Part shown: one piece after another, positions 25,453-39,250 of the stretch
How positions within the stretch are numbered: position 1 is the first letter of the stretch
Layout of the letters: each line of letters opens with the position of its first letter
Origin: Zygnema circumcarinatum SAG 698-1b
Taxonomy: Eukaryota; Plantae; Zygnematophyceae
Assembly: GCA_037447605.1 (NCBI GenBank)
Contig: CM074811.1
Location: 62,001 to 126,000, forward strand
Direction: 5' to 3'
Length of the DNA: 64,000 nt
Program-made: the position numbers and the translations under genes
The notes under the pieces: model-generated
Told to the model about the DNA's origin: nothing
The model's input: the letters and a program-made list of their open reading frames with translations, nothing else
Database searches by the model: none

Positions 25453-26800
25453 NNNNNNNNNNGACTGCTGCCCTCCCTCCCGCTCCACCGGAGCCGCTGG
25501 CTCCGGCAGAATCCACCGATCCCATGATCGGGGCCCACATCACGGTGGGCGCGTCCCTGAAGATGAAGAAGAGGATCGACGAACTGGGAGCGGATGTAAG
25601 GCAGCAGCGCGTCGCCACCATGGCCTGTACGAGGCAGGTGGACGACATGGAGCTCACGGTCCGCCGCCTGGTGGACACGCTCCAAATGGAGTTCCGGAGC
25701 CTTTCGGACAGGCTCCGGAGGATCGAGGAAGGTATGCCCCGAACCCCCCCTCAGGCTGTAGAGGCAGTGGATGCAGCAGGTCCTGGGGAAGGGGTTAGGC
25801 AAACCACTCCGGTAGCGTCGTCTGTCCCGACGCCCCAACCGGCTGCCGGAAGCAGCCGGCAGAAGTCCGGACCCCCTGGTTTTTCCACGGGGGGGAGTCA
25901 CCCCCACGGGGGTGGCGAACCACCCAGCAGTGGGGGACCCCCGTCGGGGGCAGCTGCTGGGGGCGGAGGAGATCCCAGTCCTCGGACTGCTCTCCCGCAA
26001 CCTACTGAGGATGCCCGACGGAATCGGGCCAAGGTGGCCCCGCTTTCCTTTTGGGGCGAACATCCTACCACGGACTGCTCGATTGAACGTGGTTGGAGTC
26101 CAAGCGAAGGGTTACCTTCTTCGCGACCAAGCTGTCCCCTCCAGTGGGTAAGCACAGCACCCGGCACTTTCGAAGGAGCATACGTGTGTAGGGGCGCACT
26201 CCCGATGAAGATAGGGGCGGTGGGATAAGTTGAAGATGAACTTATCAAACACTTTGGGGCCTTGGATCCCGGCTTGGAGGCCCGGGATAAATTTGAACAT
26301 GGTCCAAACCGGCAGTGTCAAGCAGTTTCTGCGAGACTTGCGACAAGTGGTGCCTCAGATCACCACTCACAAGCCTGGACAGGCTGAGTTCTTTTTCCAC
26401 TTCAGGAATGGCTTGAAGCCACACCTGAGGAAGCAGCTAAGAACTAACCCACGGACTCTGAAACCGTGGGACCCCGCTGACTCTGAGCTGTACTTTGATG
26501 CAGCCATTCAGTTGGACACCGCCCCTGCAGGCGATGCAGGCCCTTCCCGACCCCAGCAGAGGTCGGGCGACGTGACAGGGTCGTGGAAGGCGGGACCCTC
26601 AGCTCCTGCCAAACTGGCAGGAAAGAACAAGCGGAAGCAGCCGGAAGTGGCTGNCAGCCCACCCACTGCACGGCCGCAGAAGTNGACTCNNGNGNAAATN
26701 NAGAANANNCNGCNNGNNANNNNNNGNNTCCGCTGCCGCAAGGAGGGGCACAAGGCCGGGATTGCCCTCTCAACACCAAGGACAAGAAGGGCAAGGGGCC

Positions 26801-26844
26801 GGAAAACCCCAACCCACCAGCAGCTTAGGGGTCGTTGCTGGTGG
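26801..26844 (+). promoter_or_regulatory. Candidate -1 ribosomal frameshift signal at the G2 gag/pol junction (second copy 41403-41446)
   Basis: G_GAA_AAC in the gag frame, a 6-nt spacer, then an 11-bp stem CCACCAGCAGC/GTTGCTGGTGG. The pol-side frame is -1 relative to gag. Confidence 0.6.
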
Positions 26845-26954
26845 ACATGCTAGGCTAGGGGGAGGGAATGGGGCTGCCATCAGGGATAAAAGACTCTTGT
26901 TTCTTAGAACCCTGGACATTCTTAACTTGGTGGGCAGGCCTTTGGGAGTGCAAG

Positions 26955-29900
26955 TGTAATGGGGGTCCAGGTACCGGTCTGGCGGGTCAGCAAGGAGGCG
27001 TGAGGGGTAGAGAGAGAGAGAGAGAAAAGCCGGTTTCCGGGTTGAATGCCGTTGCATTCGCCCCCGCCCCTATACGCTTCCCCCGTCGAACCCTCTACCA
27101 GCATGAGGACGGAAGCAGGGCCCTGCTGGCGAGCGCGGCGTGGCCTGGTGTAGCCAGTGGCGGTCATACGTGGAAATATAATATCGGCGCGGGCGAACCC
27201 GTCGTAGGTTGGCGTAGTCACGCCTATGCGGCAGCGCATCACGGCAGCGCCCATCTCGACACGCGACCGACACGTAGCGGCGCCCACTTCAGCGAGCAGC
27301 CGTAGCGTCATCTGTAGCGGTCCCTGAAATATATGAGTCCCGGCAGTCCGGTCTCGACGGGGCTGACGATCGTCTGTGTGGGCAGACGTCGCGAGGAGAT
27401 CTCCGTGGTCGCGTGGCGCCCGGTGGCTGCTTAGCGTTCGCTACATTGCTCCCCCTAAAGATGTCGGCGTCCTGCGTCGGGGAGAAAACTAAGACAAAGC
27501 AGCCGCTGACTTCAGCGGTTTCACGCCCGAAGTGCGTGAGGTAGGAGGGCACCGGCTACAACCCGGTCAAGTCCTTTCCGAGTTGCGCCGCGGACTGCGC
27601 GGAGCGCCCGTGCCGATCCGTGCCGCTCCAGCGACTTAGCCTCCCAATATAAGTTCACGAGCTCTTGGCAATGGGTCAAATTGCCGTCTTTCTCCCACGT
27701 GCTATGTTCAACCCCATAGCCCAGCCACTTCACGAGATATTCGTGGCGGGAGGTCTGACCCCTTTTCACGGTTCGGTGGGTCTGAATGGACTCGACCTCG
27801 TACTCGAGGTCGCCTTCAATATCCACTGGGGGTGGAGGTGGCTGGATCCTCCCGTCACTCAAGTAGCGCTTTAGCAGACTCACATGAAACACCGGATGTA
27901 TCCTCATGTGAGCAGGCAAAGCCAGCTTGTAAGCGACTTCGCCAATGCGGCTCAAGACCTTGAATGGTCCGACGAACCGTGGCCACAACTTACGGGTTCC
28001 CCGTAGCCGACCCTTCGAGGTTAGCGGTACTTCAGCCTGCGTCCGCCCGGGCTGGAGCGTGGTGATCGTTCTTGATCAGCATAGATGTACAATGTCGGGA
28101 CTGTGCTGCCAGCGATTGCACGCGCGGTTGCACAGCCGGACATGGTGAACAAAAGATCTAGCGGCCGGGTGGGTGATCCCCGGCTCCTCTCAAGCCCCAA
28201 GGGTCATCGTTCCGGTGGATGCCTGCATTCCACGAGGACGGTTGCTGATCCCTTGGCTGCAGGGGATTTAGAGGATGCTGACCATAATTCAGAAAGAAGG
28301 GGGTCGTACCGATTGATTCCTGATGAGCATTGTTGATGGCGTACTCCGCCAATGGGAGCAAGGTATCCCACTCATCCGGCGTGGGTCCCACGTAATGCCG
28401 CAGGAAATCTTCCACAATGCGGTTGACCCTCTCCGTCTGGCCGTCAGTTTGCGGATGGAAAGCTGTGCTGAGCGCTTGCTTGGTGCCCACGATTTTCAGA
28501 ATTTCAGTCCAAAAGTGACCGGTAAATCGGGGATCCCTGTCAGAAACAATGGTGGACTGAAAACCATGCAAGCTCCACACCTTGTCAACGTAGAGGCGCG
28601 CCACCTCTTCCGCCCCAGCGGACTTCCGCGTAGGTGCAAAGTGCACCATTTTGCTGAGACGGTCTACAAACACCATAATAGCATCGTGACCCCGTGGGGT
28701 TTCTGGTAAATCTGTGATCAGATCCATACCGATGCTCTCCCACTTACGGAAAGGGGGAGTGAGTGGTTGAAGCTGGCCAGGAATCCTGCCAGTGCGGGGC
28801 TTATCACGTTGACAGGTTGGACAGGCCAGCACATATGCCGACACATCTGTCGTGAGTCCCGGCCACCAAAACTCACGGAGTACTGCCTCGGAGGTTTTGG
28901 CAACACCCATGTGGCCCTTGTAAGGAGGATCGTGCATCTCACTTAGAATGAGCTGCCGTACAGTTCCACACTTGGGAACGACTAATTGCTTGTCGCGGTA
29001 CCAAAACCCGTCTGTGGAGCGCAGCACTTTGTCCTTATAGCCACTACCCTGGCCGTCCAAGAACAGAGGATCACCAGCATAGCCCTCCCGAATCATCTGT
29101 CTAAGTTCAGAGAGAGCGGGAGGGTTGACCATCGCGCTGGTTTGGGTATCCATGGCTAAACACGTTGGGAAGGGAGAAGGTGAGTTGGCCGGCCCACCTT
29201 CTCGACCGCTTTGTTCCTCCCACACTCGGGTCGACGAGCGCACCATCCATGCAAGATGACTGGACTGTCTGCTCAACGGATCGGCAACATTCAACCTTCC
29301 TGGCCGATATACCCATTTGCAGTCAAACCTGCAGGAGGAACTTCGGACCAACGGGCTGCCGCTTTAGATAATTAATGCATTTGGGAGAGAGAGAGGAAGG
29401 TCAAGGGCGGCAGTGCAGCTGACCAGCGTGGCGGCTTCGCCCCTCAAATGTAGCGCGCCATGTCCTCAAAGCGTGAACAACTGCGAGCAGTTCCTGCTCG
29501 GTTGCCGAATAGTTTCGTTCAGCTGGGTTCATCTTCCGGCTTTCATAAGCCAGGGGTTGGCCCTCCTGAAACAGGACAGCGCCAAGTGCGAACCCCGACG
29601 CATCGCAAACCACCTCATAGGGTTTGGTAGGGTCTGCCAACACCAACGTAGGTGCGGTGATGAGGGCGTGTTTGGTCCCCTCAAACGCCACCTGACATTC
29701 ATCTGTCCAGGTGTAGCGAACTCCAGATTTTGTGAGATCTGTAAGTGGAGTAACTAGCTTGCTAAATCCTTGAATGAATTTACGGAAATAATTATAAAAG
29801 CCCAGAGAGCGCGCTAACTGTCACGAGATCCTTAGGAGCGGTCAAGTGGCAGCCACCCGCCAATTTGCCCAGGTGAGGCTTAGGCCCGTCGCTCCAAGAG

Positions 29901-32900
29901 ATATGTCAAGGTAGAAGCAGCTTCATGTTGCATGAATTGACATTTCTTGCGTTTCGCATAAAATGTGTGCCGGCGTAAGACCGACAACACATTGCGAACG
30001 TGGGTCAAGTGGTCCTGTTCGGATTTGCTGAAAACCAGAATGTCATCGAGGTAGACCAAGACGTAATCGTCCATGCTGGAGAACATCTCGTTCATCACAG
30101 ACTGAAAGGTTGCCGGTGCATTTGTCAACCCAAAGGGCAGTACCTTGTATTGGAAATGACCAATAGGCGTACGAAACGCAGTCTTTGGTACGTCAGCATC
30201 CGTGACCCGGATCTGGTGGTAGCCCTGGGCCAGATCGAGCGAAGTGAAAATTCGCGCCCCATGCAACCGGTCCAACAAATCATCTATTCGAGGTAAAGCA
30301 TAACGATTTTTAATCGTGATTTTATTAAAGGGCTCGATAGTCAATGCACATTCGCAAGGACCCGTCTTTCTTTCCCACAAATAGGATGGGGGCCCCAAAA
30401 GGGCTCTGACTGGGCTCAATCCAGCCTTTGGAGCGCAGATTAGCCAGCTGCTTTCGCATTTCTTCGGTCTCCTTGGGGCTCAATCGATAGATTGGTCGCC
30501 AAGGTGGCTTCTGCTCAGGCTCAAGGGGAATAGTATGCCCCACGCCACGCGCCGGCGGCAGCCCTGAGGGGAGGTCCTCTGGAAAAATGTCCTGAAATTC
30601 GTTAAGTAAAGATTGGATCGCCAGGGGTACGGGTGGTAACGACTCTGAGGCAGTGGGTAACCACTCCTGGTCGCCGTCATAGACAGATTCGATTTCATCG
30701 ACGAGGTGCACATAGAAGAGTACACAACCCGCTTTCACGGCTTTCGCCACCTGCATGGCGGAGCACAAGTGCGCCGCATCTGGATGGAGGGGGGGAACAA
30801 CCGTGGGTATACCTGGGAGTAAGGTGACCCGCCGAGAGTCACTGCGAACCACGCAGTTTGGAACTGCAAAATCCATCATGGCCCGGACGGACTGCAACCA
30901 ATGACTGCCTAAGATCAAGTCAATGCCCGGAGTTAGAATTGTGACCAAGCACCGAATCTGCCCGGAAAAAGATTGAATTCACTGTCAGTAGATCACATAA
31001 CCCAGGATCTGCCGCTACGACCATCGCGAGCGTGGTATGTCGGAGCGATGCAGAAAGTACCATGGAAGCCATGCTTAACAAGCGAAGAGTTCAAGAAAAT
31101 TATAGATTCGGCGCTTTGAATGAATAGAGATGATAGATTACCTTCCACAACCCGAAAAGGTCGCCAGCGTTGGGGACGTTTGAAACATGGATCACGAGGG
31201 ACGCCAACGAATCGAAGGGCGCGCCGTGCATCAAGGGCGAGGGTGAGCGTGCAGAGGTGATGATATGTCACAGGTATTGCGGCGCGCAACGGGTGACCTC
31301 TACTCCGCCCGTCGGACCACTTCAATGGGCGTGGCGAAGCAAGTTATGGGGGCGTGTTGCGGGGCAAGGCGGTACCCTTGAACCTGAGAAGCATTGAAGT
31401 GCGCCCACACGTCGGAAGGCATCAAGGACACTATCAAACAGATCGGTAGCCCCGGTAGGGTTCAGAATCCAGATTTCAGCAGGGTCATCCCATTGCGCAA
31501 CAGCAAACTCAAGAGAGGTCATTCGGGTGGAGAGAGAGAACAAATAGTCATTCAGATATTCCGGGCAATGCAAGACGAAAATATCCGATGCAAGGGGCTG
31601 CCGGCCCATAATATTCAATAAATCACTGGAAAGAACAACAAAAATCCTACACTGGCGGCTCAACAACCATTCTCCCCACCGCCACCACACCGCAGCAACC
31701 ACCAGGCTTAGAGTGAGGGTCCGTTTTCGGACGAGGAGTTTCTTGACCACCCAGGGCCGATCCCGCGAGCGATGCCCGCGCTGTCGGCATCGGTATCAGC
31801 CCTCCTTCTTGAGCTGTCGCTTCTTGGGAATCAGCAGGACTTTTGCGTACGAGGCTGGTGCATCCCGGGACGCTTTGGCCCCCTCCCGCCCCCACGCGGG
31901 GCACGAAAGGGTGGGGTCTCTCGCCGAGGCGAGTTGGAGCCAGAAGGTACAGGGGACCAAGTCCCACGCCAAGGGTCTGCCGCTACGGCCCGCGCGTCCG
32001 CGTTCACAGCGGCCGCATAAAACAAATCTGCGTCCGCAGCCACCCAGGGCTTAGAAGTAGCGGGGTTGAGCAACAGTTGGTTAGCAATGTGAGGTTTCAA
32101 CCCCATGGAGAACCTGTAGAACTGTTCAACCTCGGAGAGGGTGTCTACGGTAATCGTGGACACCGTGTCTCAGCGATCGCGGGAGAAGGCGAAGCACAGC
32201 TGCTGTACGCACCCAGTGGCATGCCCGAGTCGACCCTCCAGAAGCTGCAAGTGCGACAGCCAAAGATGCTTGTTCATCACCGGTTTTCAAGCCGGTAGCT
32301 AGCTGCCGTCTTTGGCCGGGAGGTTGCGGAGAACCTTAGCGAGCCTGTCGCGGAGAGGGAATGCAGCGTAGTTCACCCCTCCTCCGGTGGGCAGCGGGTC
32401 AGCGTAAAGGTAACCCTGGGTCGCGACCCTTTACTCAAGCGGGCGGTGGTGGCTGGTCGCTCACCTGATAGAATGGGTGGGACGCTGGCTGATTTAGCAA
32501 ACCCGATCGAGGGGGGCGGCGCATCCTTTCTTGAAGGAAGTCAAAGGTCACCCGGGCCCGTCCCCGCTGAGGTGTATCAGTTGGGTATCTACGGCAGGGG
32601 AGGATGACCCCATCCGGATATCGCGGGAGCCCCTACCGTGGGGCGGTGGGTCGCCGGCGGTACCCCGGGAGGTGGGCGGCAGGAAGGTACCACGGTAACG
32701 AGTTCCACCGAGAGGTGGCACCCCAGAGTGGACCCCGGAGGACCAGGCTCACTCTGGTGCGAGGAGGGCTGACCTCTTGTCTCACGATGTCCTTGGGACC
32801 TCGAGGTCAGTGAAATGTCCCCGAAGTCCTCACGAAGGCGTCGGTTCACCGTCCAGCGGACGCGCCGTGGAAGGCTCCAGGTGAGTTACTTCGGTGGTCG

Positions 32901-33775
32901 GCCAGCTCGGCTGAGCGGCGGCAGGCGATGCGTTCGGCTCCACTCCAGTCCTGGTCGAGGTCCTTAAGTGTCAGCGAGGCGGTCAAAGTCCTCGCTGAGG
33001 AGGTCCGCCGAAGTCCTCCCGGCGGTTGGGATTACTGCCGAAGCGGGGCCAGCGGCGAGATGGGGGCGGGCCCCGGCAGTGGAATATGCTCCCCGAGGCC
33101 TGCGCCCACGGCAAAGCTGGCGAATTTGTGCACGGTGGGGGAGGTGGGGAGGAGAGGGAGGCGGCGGTGTGTCACGGCGATGCCGGCTCCCCAGCTCCCC
33201 GTGCGCGCGTGGTGACCATGGTGGGAGCGGTGAGCAGTCGCAGGATCAAGAAAAATGGCTCTGATACCAATGTAATGGGGGTCCAGGTACCGGTCTGGCG
33301 GGTCAGCAAGGAGGCGTGAGGGGTAGAGAGAGAGAGAGAGAAAAGCTTGGTTTCGAGGGTTGAATACCGTTGCATTTAGCGCCCTATACGCTTTACGTCG
33401 AACCTCTGCAAGCGCGAGGACGGAAGCAGGAGCCCTGCCCAGCCTTGCCCGAGGCGCCAGCGTGGTTTGGTGTAACCGTGGCGGATCCTGCGCCCGCGTG
33501 GGTATATGTCAGCGCCGGGCCACGAGCGTGTATGAGTTGGCGTAGTCGCGCCATCACGACCCAGCGCATCACGGCCAGCGCATATGCGACCTGCGGCCGA
33601 CTACCCGTAGCGCCACATGTAAAAGCGGCCAGCAGCGTCCTTGTAGCGGTCCTAATGCTCAATGGTCCCCGGCGGTCCGGTCTCGACGGACCCCGGCGTC
33701 GGCCTGAGGCGGGCGTGCGGAGATCTCCGTGATGCTGGCGTAGCACCGGTTGGCTATGGCGTTTAAACTCTGACA
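26955..33775 (-). mobile_element. Ty3/Gypsy family G3 chromovirus, near full length
   Basis: LTRs begin TGTAATGGGGGTCCAGG at 26955 (to ~27560) and at 33271. PBS complement GCTCTGATACCA at 33258-33269. RT YLDD, RNase H VVCDASG, integrase HHCC/DDE (28158-29351), GPF motif and chromodomain EYEVESIQ...YLVKWLGYGVEHSTWE (27521-27988). Confidence 0.92.
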
Positions 33776-36700
33776 AGATCTCTTGTGTTTGATGTACTCC
33801 CTTCTTCCATTTCTCTCTCCCCTGCCACTGTAGTGACTCCTTCTGGGTTTATGGGTGTAGTGATGAATGGTGATTGGCATGTCTTTATCCTCAATGTCAT
33901 GGGCGATGATGTTCTCATGCAATGTGCCATGGATGCTTTGCATGTCATGGGAAACACCTCCCATATCCTTGCGTTGCATGTGCTAGTTCCTCAGCACATG
34001 GCAGATCGCACCTTTCCCAGCGCCACTTGGCGGTTGGTGAAACAGTTGAGGAAAGGGCACACGTTGGTGCAGACGATGGAAGGATCCACCAGCTTGCTGG
34101 TTGGCTCACCCTACACATTGGTGTGGAGGACGCTCGTCCTCCCAACCTTAAGCACGCCTCAGTCACGATCTATATTTCCCTGCCCTTTCCATCGTGCCAT
34201 GACCTTCATCTGCCGCCTTAATGGCCACCCGCCAGCTTCCCATCGCTAGATACCGGGCAGATGCTAACTTTGTTGGGCTCATACCACCGAGATGTGGGCT
34301 GGACCGCCAGATCCCCATCTCGTAAAGTGTTACTTTGACGGACGCAAGGGCCGCATCTCCGTAGCTGCCACACCCAAGATCAAGCTCCTCATTCACCGGC
34401 AACCAAGTGTCTTCTAACACAACCGCCCCGGTATCGATGTTATTTTGGGGAGCTAGTTTGGTTAATCCAAATGTTAATAAATGGACTTTTTCGTCTCCAT
34501 TACTGCATTCTCGCGACAAGCAGGACAAAGGCTACTCCTCGCGACTGGGCAGAGGCCACATCTGGCCGCTATCAAGTACCGCTACTCCTTATCTCACAGG
34601 CTCTCACCATGCACCGGGTCAAGTAGCTTAAGGAAGGGTCATGACTTTGTCTACGGTGCATGTCATGGCAGCCACCGAGGATGTTCATGGACTTAAGATC
34701 AGAATGGCAGATCACATTCTACAGATGTGCCTCTACCGTTTCCACCCAACTAACCTTTGTTGGATGAGTTCGTGATGTTTTCCCGACGATCTTCCAAGAG
34801 GGGTTGCCACCATCTAGAGGGAGTGGGGCACACAATCCCTCTTTGAAATCGAGCAAAGCCGCCTCGCGTACCGATCTATCTGCTAAGCCCAAAAGAAAAC
34901 CGCAGGAGATGCAGCGCTACCGCAACTTCACGTTAAAAGGGTCGGATAACTCAACAGCCCCTCTTCGGGGCTTTATCCGGTTTGTTGGGAAGAAAGATGG
35001 TTCGTTGAGGATGTGCATTGATTATCGCGCACTCAACAAGATCACCGTAAAGAACCGTTTTGCTTTACCACGTATTGATGATCGGTTGGATCGTCTTCAC
35101 GGCGCCAGAGTGTTTACTTCACTCGATCTTGCTCAGGGGTACCATCAGATCCGCGTCACGGAAGCTCATGTGCCAAAAACTGCGTTCCGGACGCCGATTG
35201 GTCACTTCCAATATAAGGTGCTGGACCTTCGATTGACTAATGCCCTAGCGACTTTCAGCCGTGATTAAACCTAAAACGTGTTCATCTACATGGGACGAAG
35301 CCTGGCTTTTGGCTACTCCTCGACGCATATCCTTGTCTTCTAGTTATCGTAGGAGAGAACATCTCAACACGCTCTCGCAAAAGTGTTTCTATGACCTGAG
35401 GAAGCACCAATTTTATGCCAAGAGGAAGAAGTGCTCACTTTTTATGCAAATATGAGTTTGCTTTGCCTCGGCATATCCTCACGATCGCGTTCGACTCGAC
35501 CCCCGCCAAAGTTTCCGCTGCAGAAACTTGGGCGCCACCGACCGACTCCGCACTGGGCCAGGTCTTTTTCTCGGGTTGCTGAATTATTATTTTCGTAAGT
35601 TCATCCAAGGTTTAAAGTAAACTCCGCTACTCCTCGGATTGGTTTTGACACGTTCCTGTCCCTTTACATGACCAATGTGGATGCATTCGCGTGTGCGCCA
35701 TGCACTTGTTACCGCAGACCCACTTCAAGCATGGACCCGCCCAAAACCATATGAAGTAAGTTTGTGATGTTTTATTCCTACCTTTGCGCCGCCTTTACTT
35801 AAGATGGTCAACTCCTCGCTGCATGAAATGAAATGAATCCTGGCCGGAAGCAACTATTCTCGCATCGCACAGAATCGCCAGAAGGCTCCACTGCATATGC
35901 TGGGTATATTTAGAGGCGAAAGTGTCACGCTTCGTGGGTCACTTTAACTCACCGCCTGGCCGACGCTCTTCTCAACCTAACAGACTGTTTGTGCGGCAAG
36001 TGTGCACGCCGGGTCTCAGGTTCCTCCTTTAAAGAAAGTTCGATCACAAATGGGCCTACCTGCTTCCTGGCGTCGAATGTGTAGCTATATCTAATCGAAG
36101 AGTGTTTCAAGATCTCGCCGACGCGCCGACTCAGTGTTGGTGGAACGAGATGATGAGGTGAGGTCGCTAACCCCGAAGTCTCCGCTCAAAGAGATGCCAT
36201 TACGTATCCTCCACCGCTGACGGCAGGGCCAACCCTCCCTCGCTTCTCCGAATCCCGCATGCATGATCCGTGAGGGTACTACCGGGTGATCCTTTCGCTC
36301 TCGGATGGCCGCGTAATACAGGCGACAAAGTGGTGTCTATGATTCGGAGCTCCGTACTACGCCGCCAGCTTGGTCGTTTCAAGGTCGGATCGTGATGGCA
36401 GCCATTCCGCGTAGCCTACATGACCTCCTCGCATCGGTGTCACATCGAGTTGCTAAAACCCAGCATCAAGCCCGGTAGTTCTCAAAGCTCGACTTCCCTC
36501 GGTGGACGCAGCGTCAGAGGCTTGTTGCGTCTAACTTGTCAATCTAAACAAACCCGTGACCTGCTAGATCCTGCCAAATACCAGAACCCCTCAGCACCTC
36601 CTTTCAAACGTGGACACGTGGTAATGGACTCGGACACAGATCTCTCCGCGGATAACGGGCATGACTCCATCCCTCGCCTGGCTGACGGCCAGCAAAGACG

Positions 36701-38589
36701 GGTGCATTTTGCACCAACTACTAAGACCGGGCCTAATTTGCATCGCACTCGCCACGCCGACAAAGTATGAGCCGCGACGGGTCTTCACCGAATTGTGGGT
36801 TCCGACCGCGATCTATACGATTCAATCGCCATTTTGAATTAAGGTTAAAATCGTTGGGACTGCTGTGCGCCGAAGTACAAATTTTCCACCAAGAAACCGG
36901 ATGGCCGACGGGACGGGGCATCAGGATCCCCGGAGGATTACCTCCCGTGACATGCTGACCTACCCCCTGACGGGTGGGACGAATCGCCTCCTGTCGCGCG
37001 TAAAGACGCGCCATCAATAATGCTTTCCGTGAGTCCATCTACTCACCCCCTTTCTTCAACTTTACAAGATCCTTCTAAATCCCCCTCGCAACCGCGGACG
37101 AGCCCCCGACCAGGAACATGGCCCACGTAACCCCCATCCTGAAGCCGAGAGACCACGGACCTAACCTCCCGGGCAATGGGATCTTTAGTCCGACGAATGC
37201 TCAGGCGCTGCGCAGTAGAGGGTACCTGCTAGACTTCGCGCAACGCCCACGCACAAAAGCGCTGCCTATGCCGACCGTCATCAGACTCCAACTCACCTTC
37301 AAACGGCGCGATGAGGTAAGCCGCGGCATGTAAATAACTCGGTGACTCAAAGCTTACGGCAAATAATGTTTACGCCCCGCTTCATCGACCTTTTAAGGTC
37401 GCGTGAAGTTTAATCAATGATGTCGCCATGTGTTGATGCAATTTCATCCCACATGAAGGTGCATCCGGGTCTTTCACGCTGGCTCTCAAGTAAAGGTCTA
37501 CACTGCACACGGGAGGATCCGGCACCACCTCCCCACTGCTGGGAACTCAAGGTGAACTTGAGCACGGTTGAAACCATTCAAGCTCCACCAGACAGGAGAA
37601 AGGGTCGCGCTCTTCCCGTTACGAATACCTTCGTAGCTGGGTCGGGCTGGGCTGGGTCAACATAAGACATGGGGTGCCTCAGGCAACTTAACCACCGCTG
37701 TGAGCTCATCAACTTGTACCGAGGCGTTGTGCCACGTGAGAGCGAAGTAGGGCTGCACCTGGCTCTCGAGCCGCCCCTCACAAGAATCCTCGGAGTGGAC
37801 TTGAGGGATTATCGCCGAGTTCTCCCTTTAAGCACGAGTTCGACCGCTAAGTGCCGCCGGGGTAAACTACGAGTCAGCTTTTACTACTTCCTACACACGT
37901 GAATCCAGGGCGCTCATATCCCCGCTGGGAGTAATGTAAATAAACGCTACAGCCACCTACTCGAGGCGTATCAGTGGCGCGCTCCGGCCCTAAGATTTCA
38001 CCCCGCGCCGAGCTGCCAAGGCGTTTGGGGACTACCTAGACCGGAAGGGTCTCGGGATCAACCTCGCTGCTGTGCGTGGTTCATGCGGCGCGATACCGGT
38101 ATTATGCATGAGTCACAGCCGGGCCACGCTGTCGGTGGATCACGGAATCCCGGACCACATCTTCCTTACGTTTTGAATCGCAGAACCGCCGTCCGCATAC
38201 TACGGTTACCGCCGGTACGGACGATCACCGGGCCGACCCGCGCCGCGATAGATCCGACTGCACCGACGCATCGGCTGGTGCGCCACAGCCAGCGGCTACA
38301 AGGGCCAAGGAATGCGGTGAGCGCGACAGCAGGGCCACCTTCCACCCATTCGTCGAGAGGGACACGGGTACCGCTATTGGACGCCCCCGCTCCAACTTCC
38401 ATATGCCGGGTGGGGAGGTTCAACGGGGAAGCGTAGGTATGAGGTGACCGCTGTCACTAACCAACGTATCGGCATTCGGGTTGCACCCCGCCCGTGGCCG
38501 CGCTACCTTCAAGCTTTCTCTCTGCTTCTCTCACAACTCGGAGTGCTGGTGTGTGATTCCGCGCAGACTGAAGAGGCGGTTTTCAGTCG

Positions 38590-39250
38590 TTACAGTGACT
38601 CTGACTGGGGCAGTGACCCCGACACAAGGCGTTCGGTTATTGGCTCGTGCTTTTCTCTGGCAAAGGGCCTTATTTCGTCCTTCTATAGCCTACAAGGCTG
38701 CTACATCCTCCACCGAAGCAGTATAGCGGCCGCCTCCACCGCCGCTAAAGAGGCTGTTTGCCCATCCCTCCCTCTCCAACCTCACTCTTCCCTTCCCCCC
38801 TCACGCTACCACCGCTCACGCGACCTCAAGGTGCCCTTGCCATGCAAAACCCTCGCACCATCAACGCATTAAACACATCGGCTATCTCGCCCACTTCACT
38901 CGACAAGATTAAAGACGGCACCCTTACCTTCCTCTATCAGCCCCACCCGCTAGCGTAATCAACATTTTCTTACTTCAGGCCTTACATCTACCAGCTTTTG
39001 AGCTTCACCGATCACGGACCACACTTTTGAACGAGAGGGAGTGCTGGAGAATCCGACATTCTCAGCTTGTCGCACTATTTTGTCAGCTTTTCCCAGCCAA
39101 TGCGTGTACTTACACCCGCTGTCCTTACCTTGTACTTTCAATCGTTAGTTTAGTTGGTGGTTACGCTCACGCTTACACCCAAACCGCCTTACTGTGTTAC
39201 CTAATCAGAGCTAAACGCTACGCCACCCCAAGGGGGAAGACTTACCAGAG
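38590..39250 (+). mobile_element. Ty1/copia fragment C2 (RNase H, PPT, LTR start), degenerate
   Basis: (Y)SDSDWGSDPDTRRSVIG directly after the G2 LTR end; purine tract GAGAGGGAG at ~39033 followed by TG. The end coordinate is approximate. Confidence 0.6.

Larger units (their letters stand above)
25463..38589 (+). mobile_element. Ty3/Gypsy family G2 copy 1 (chromovirus-like), split by G3; 3' half indel-rich
   Basis: gag with knuckle RCRKEGHK at ~26730. The sequence is interrupted at 26954 and resumes at ~33776 (uninterrupted junction GAGTGCAAGATCTC at 41548-41561). RT, IN and chromodomain-like remnants follow, and the LTR ends at GTTACA ~38589. Confidence 0.8.
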
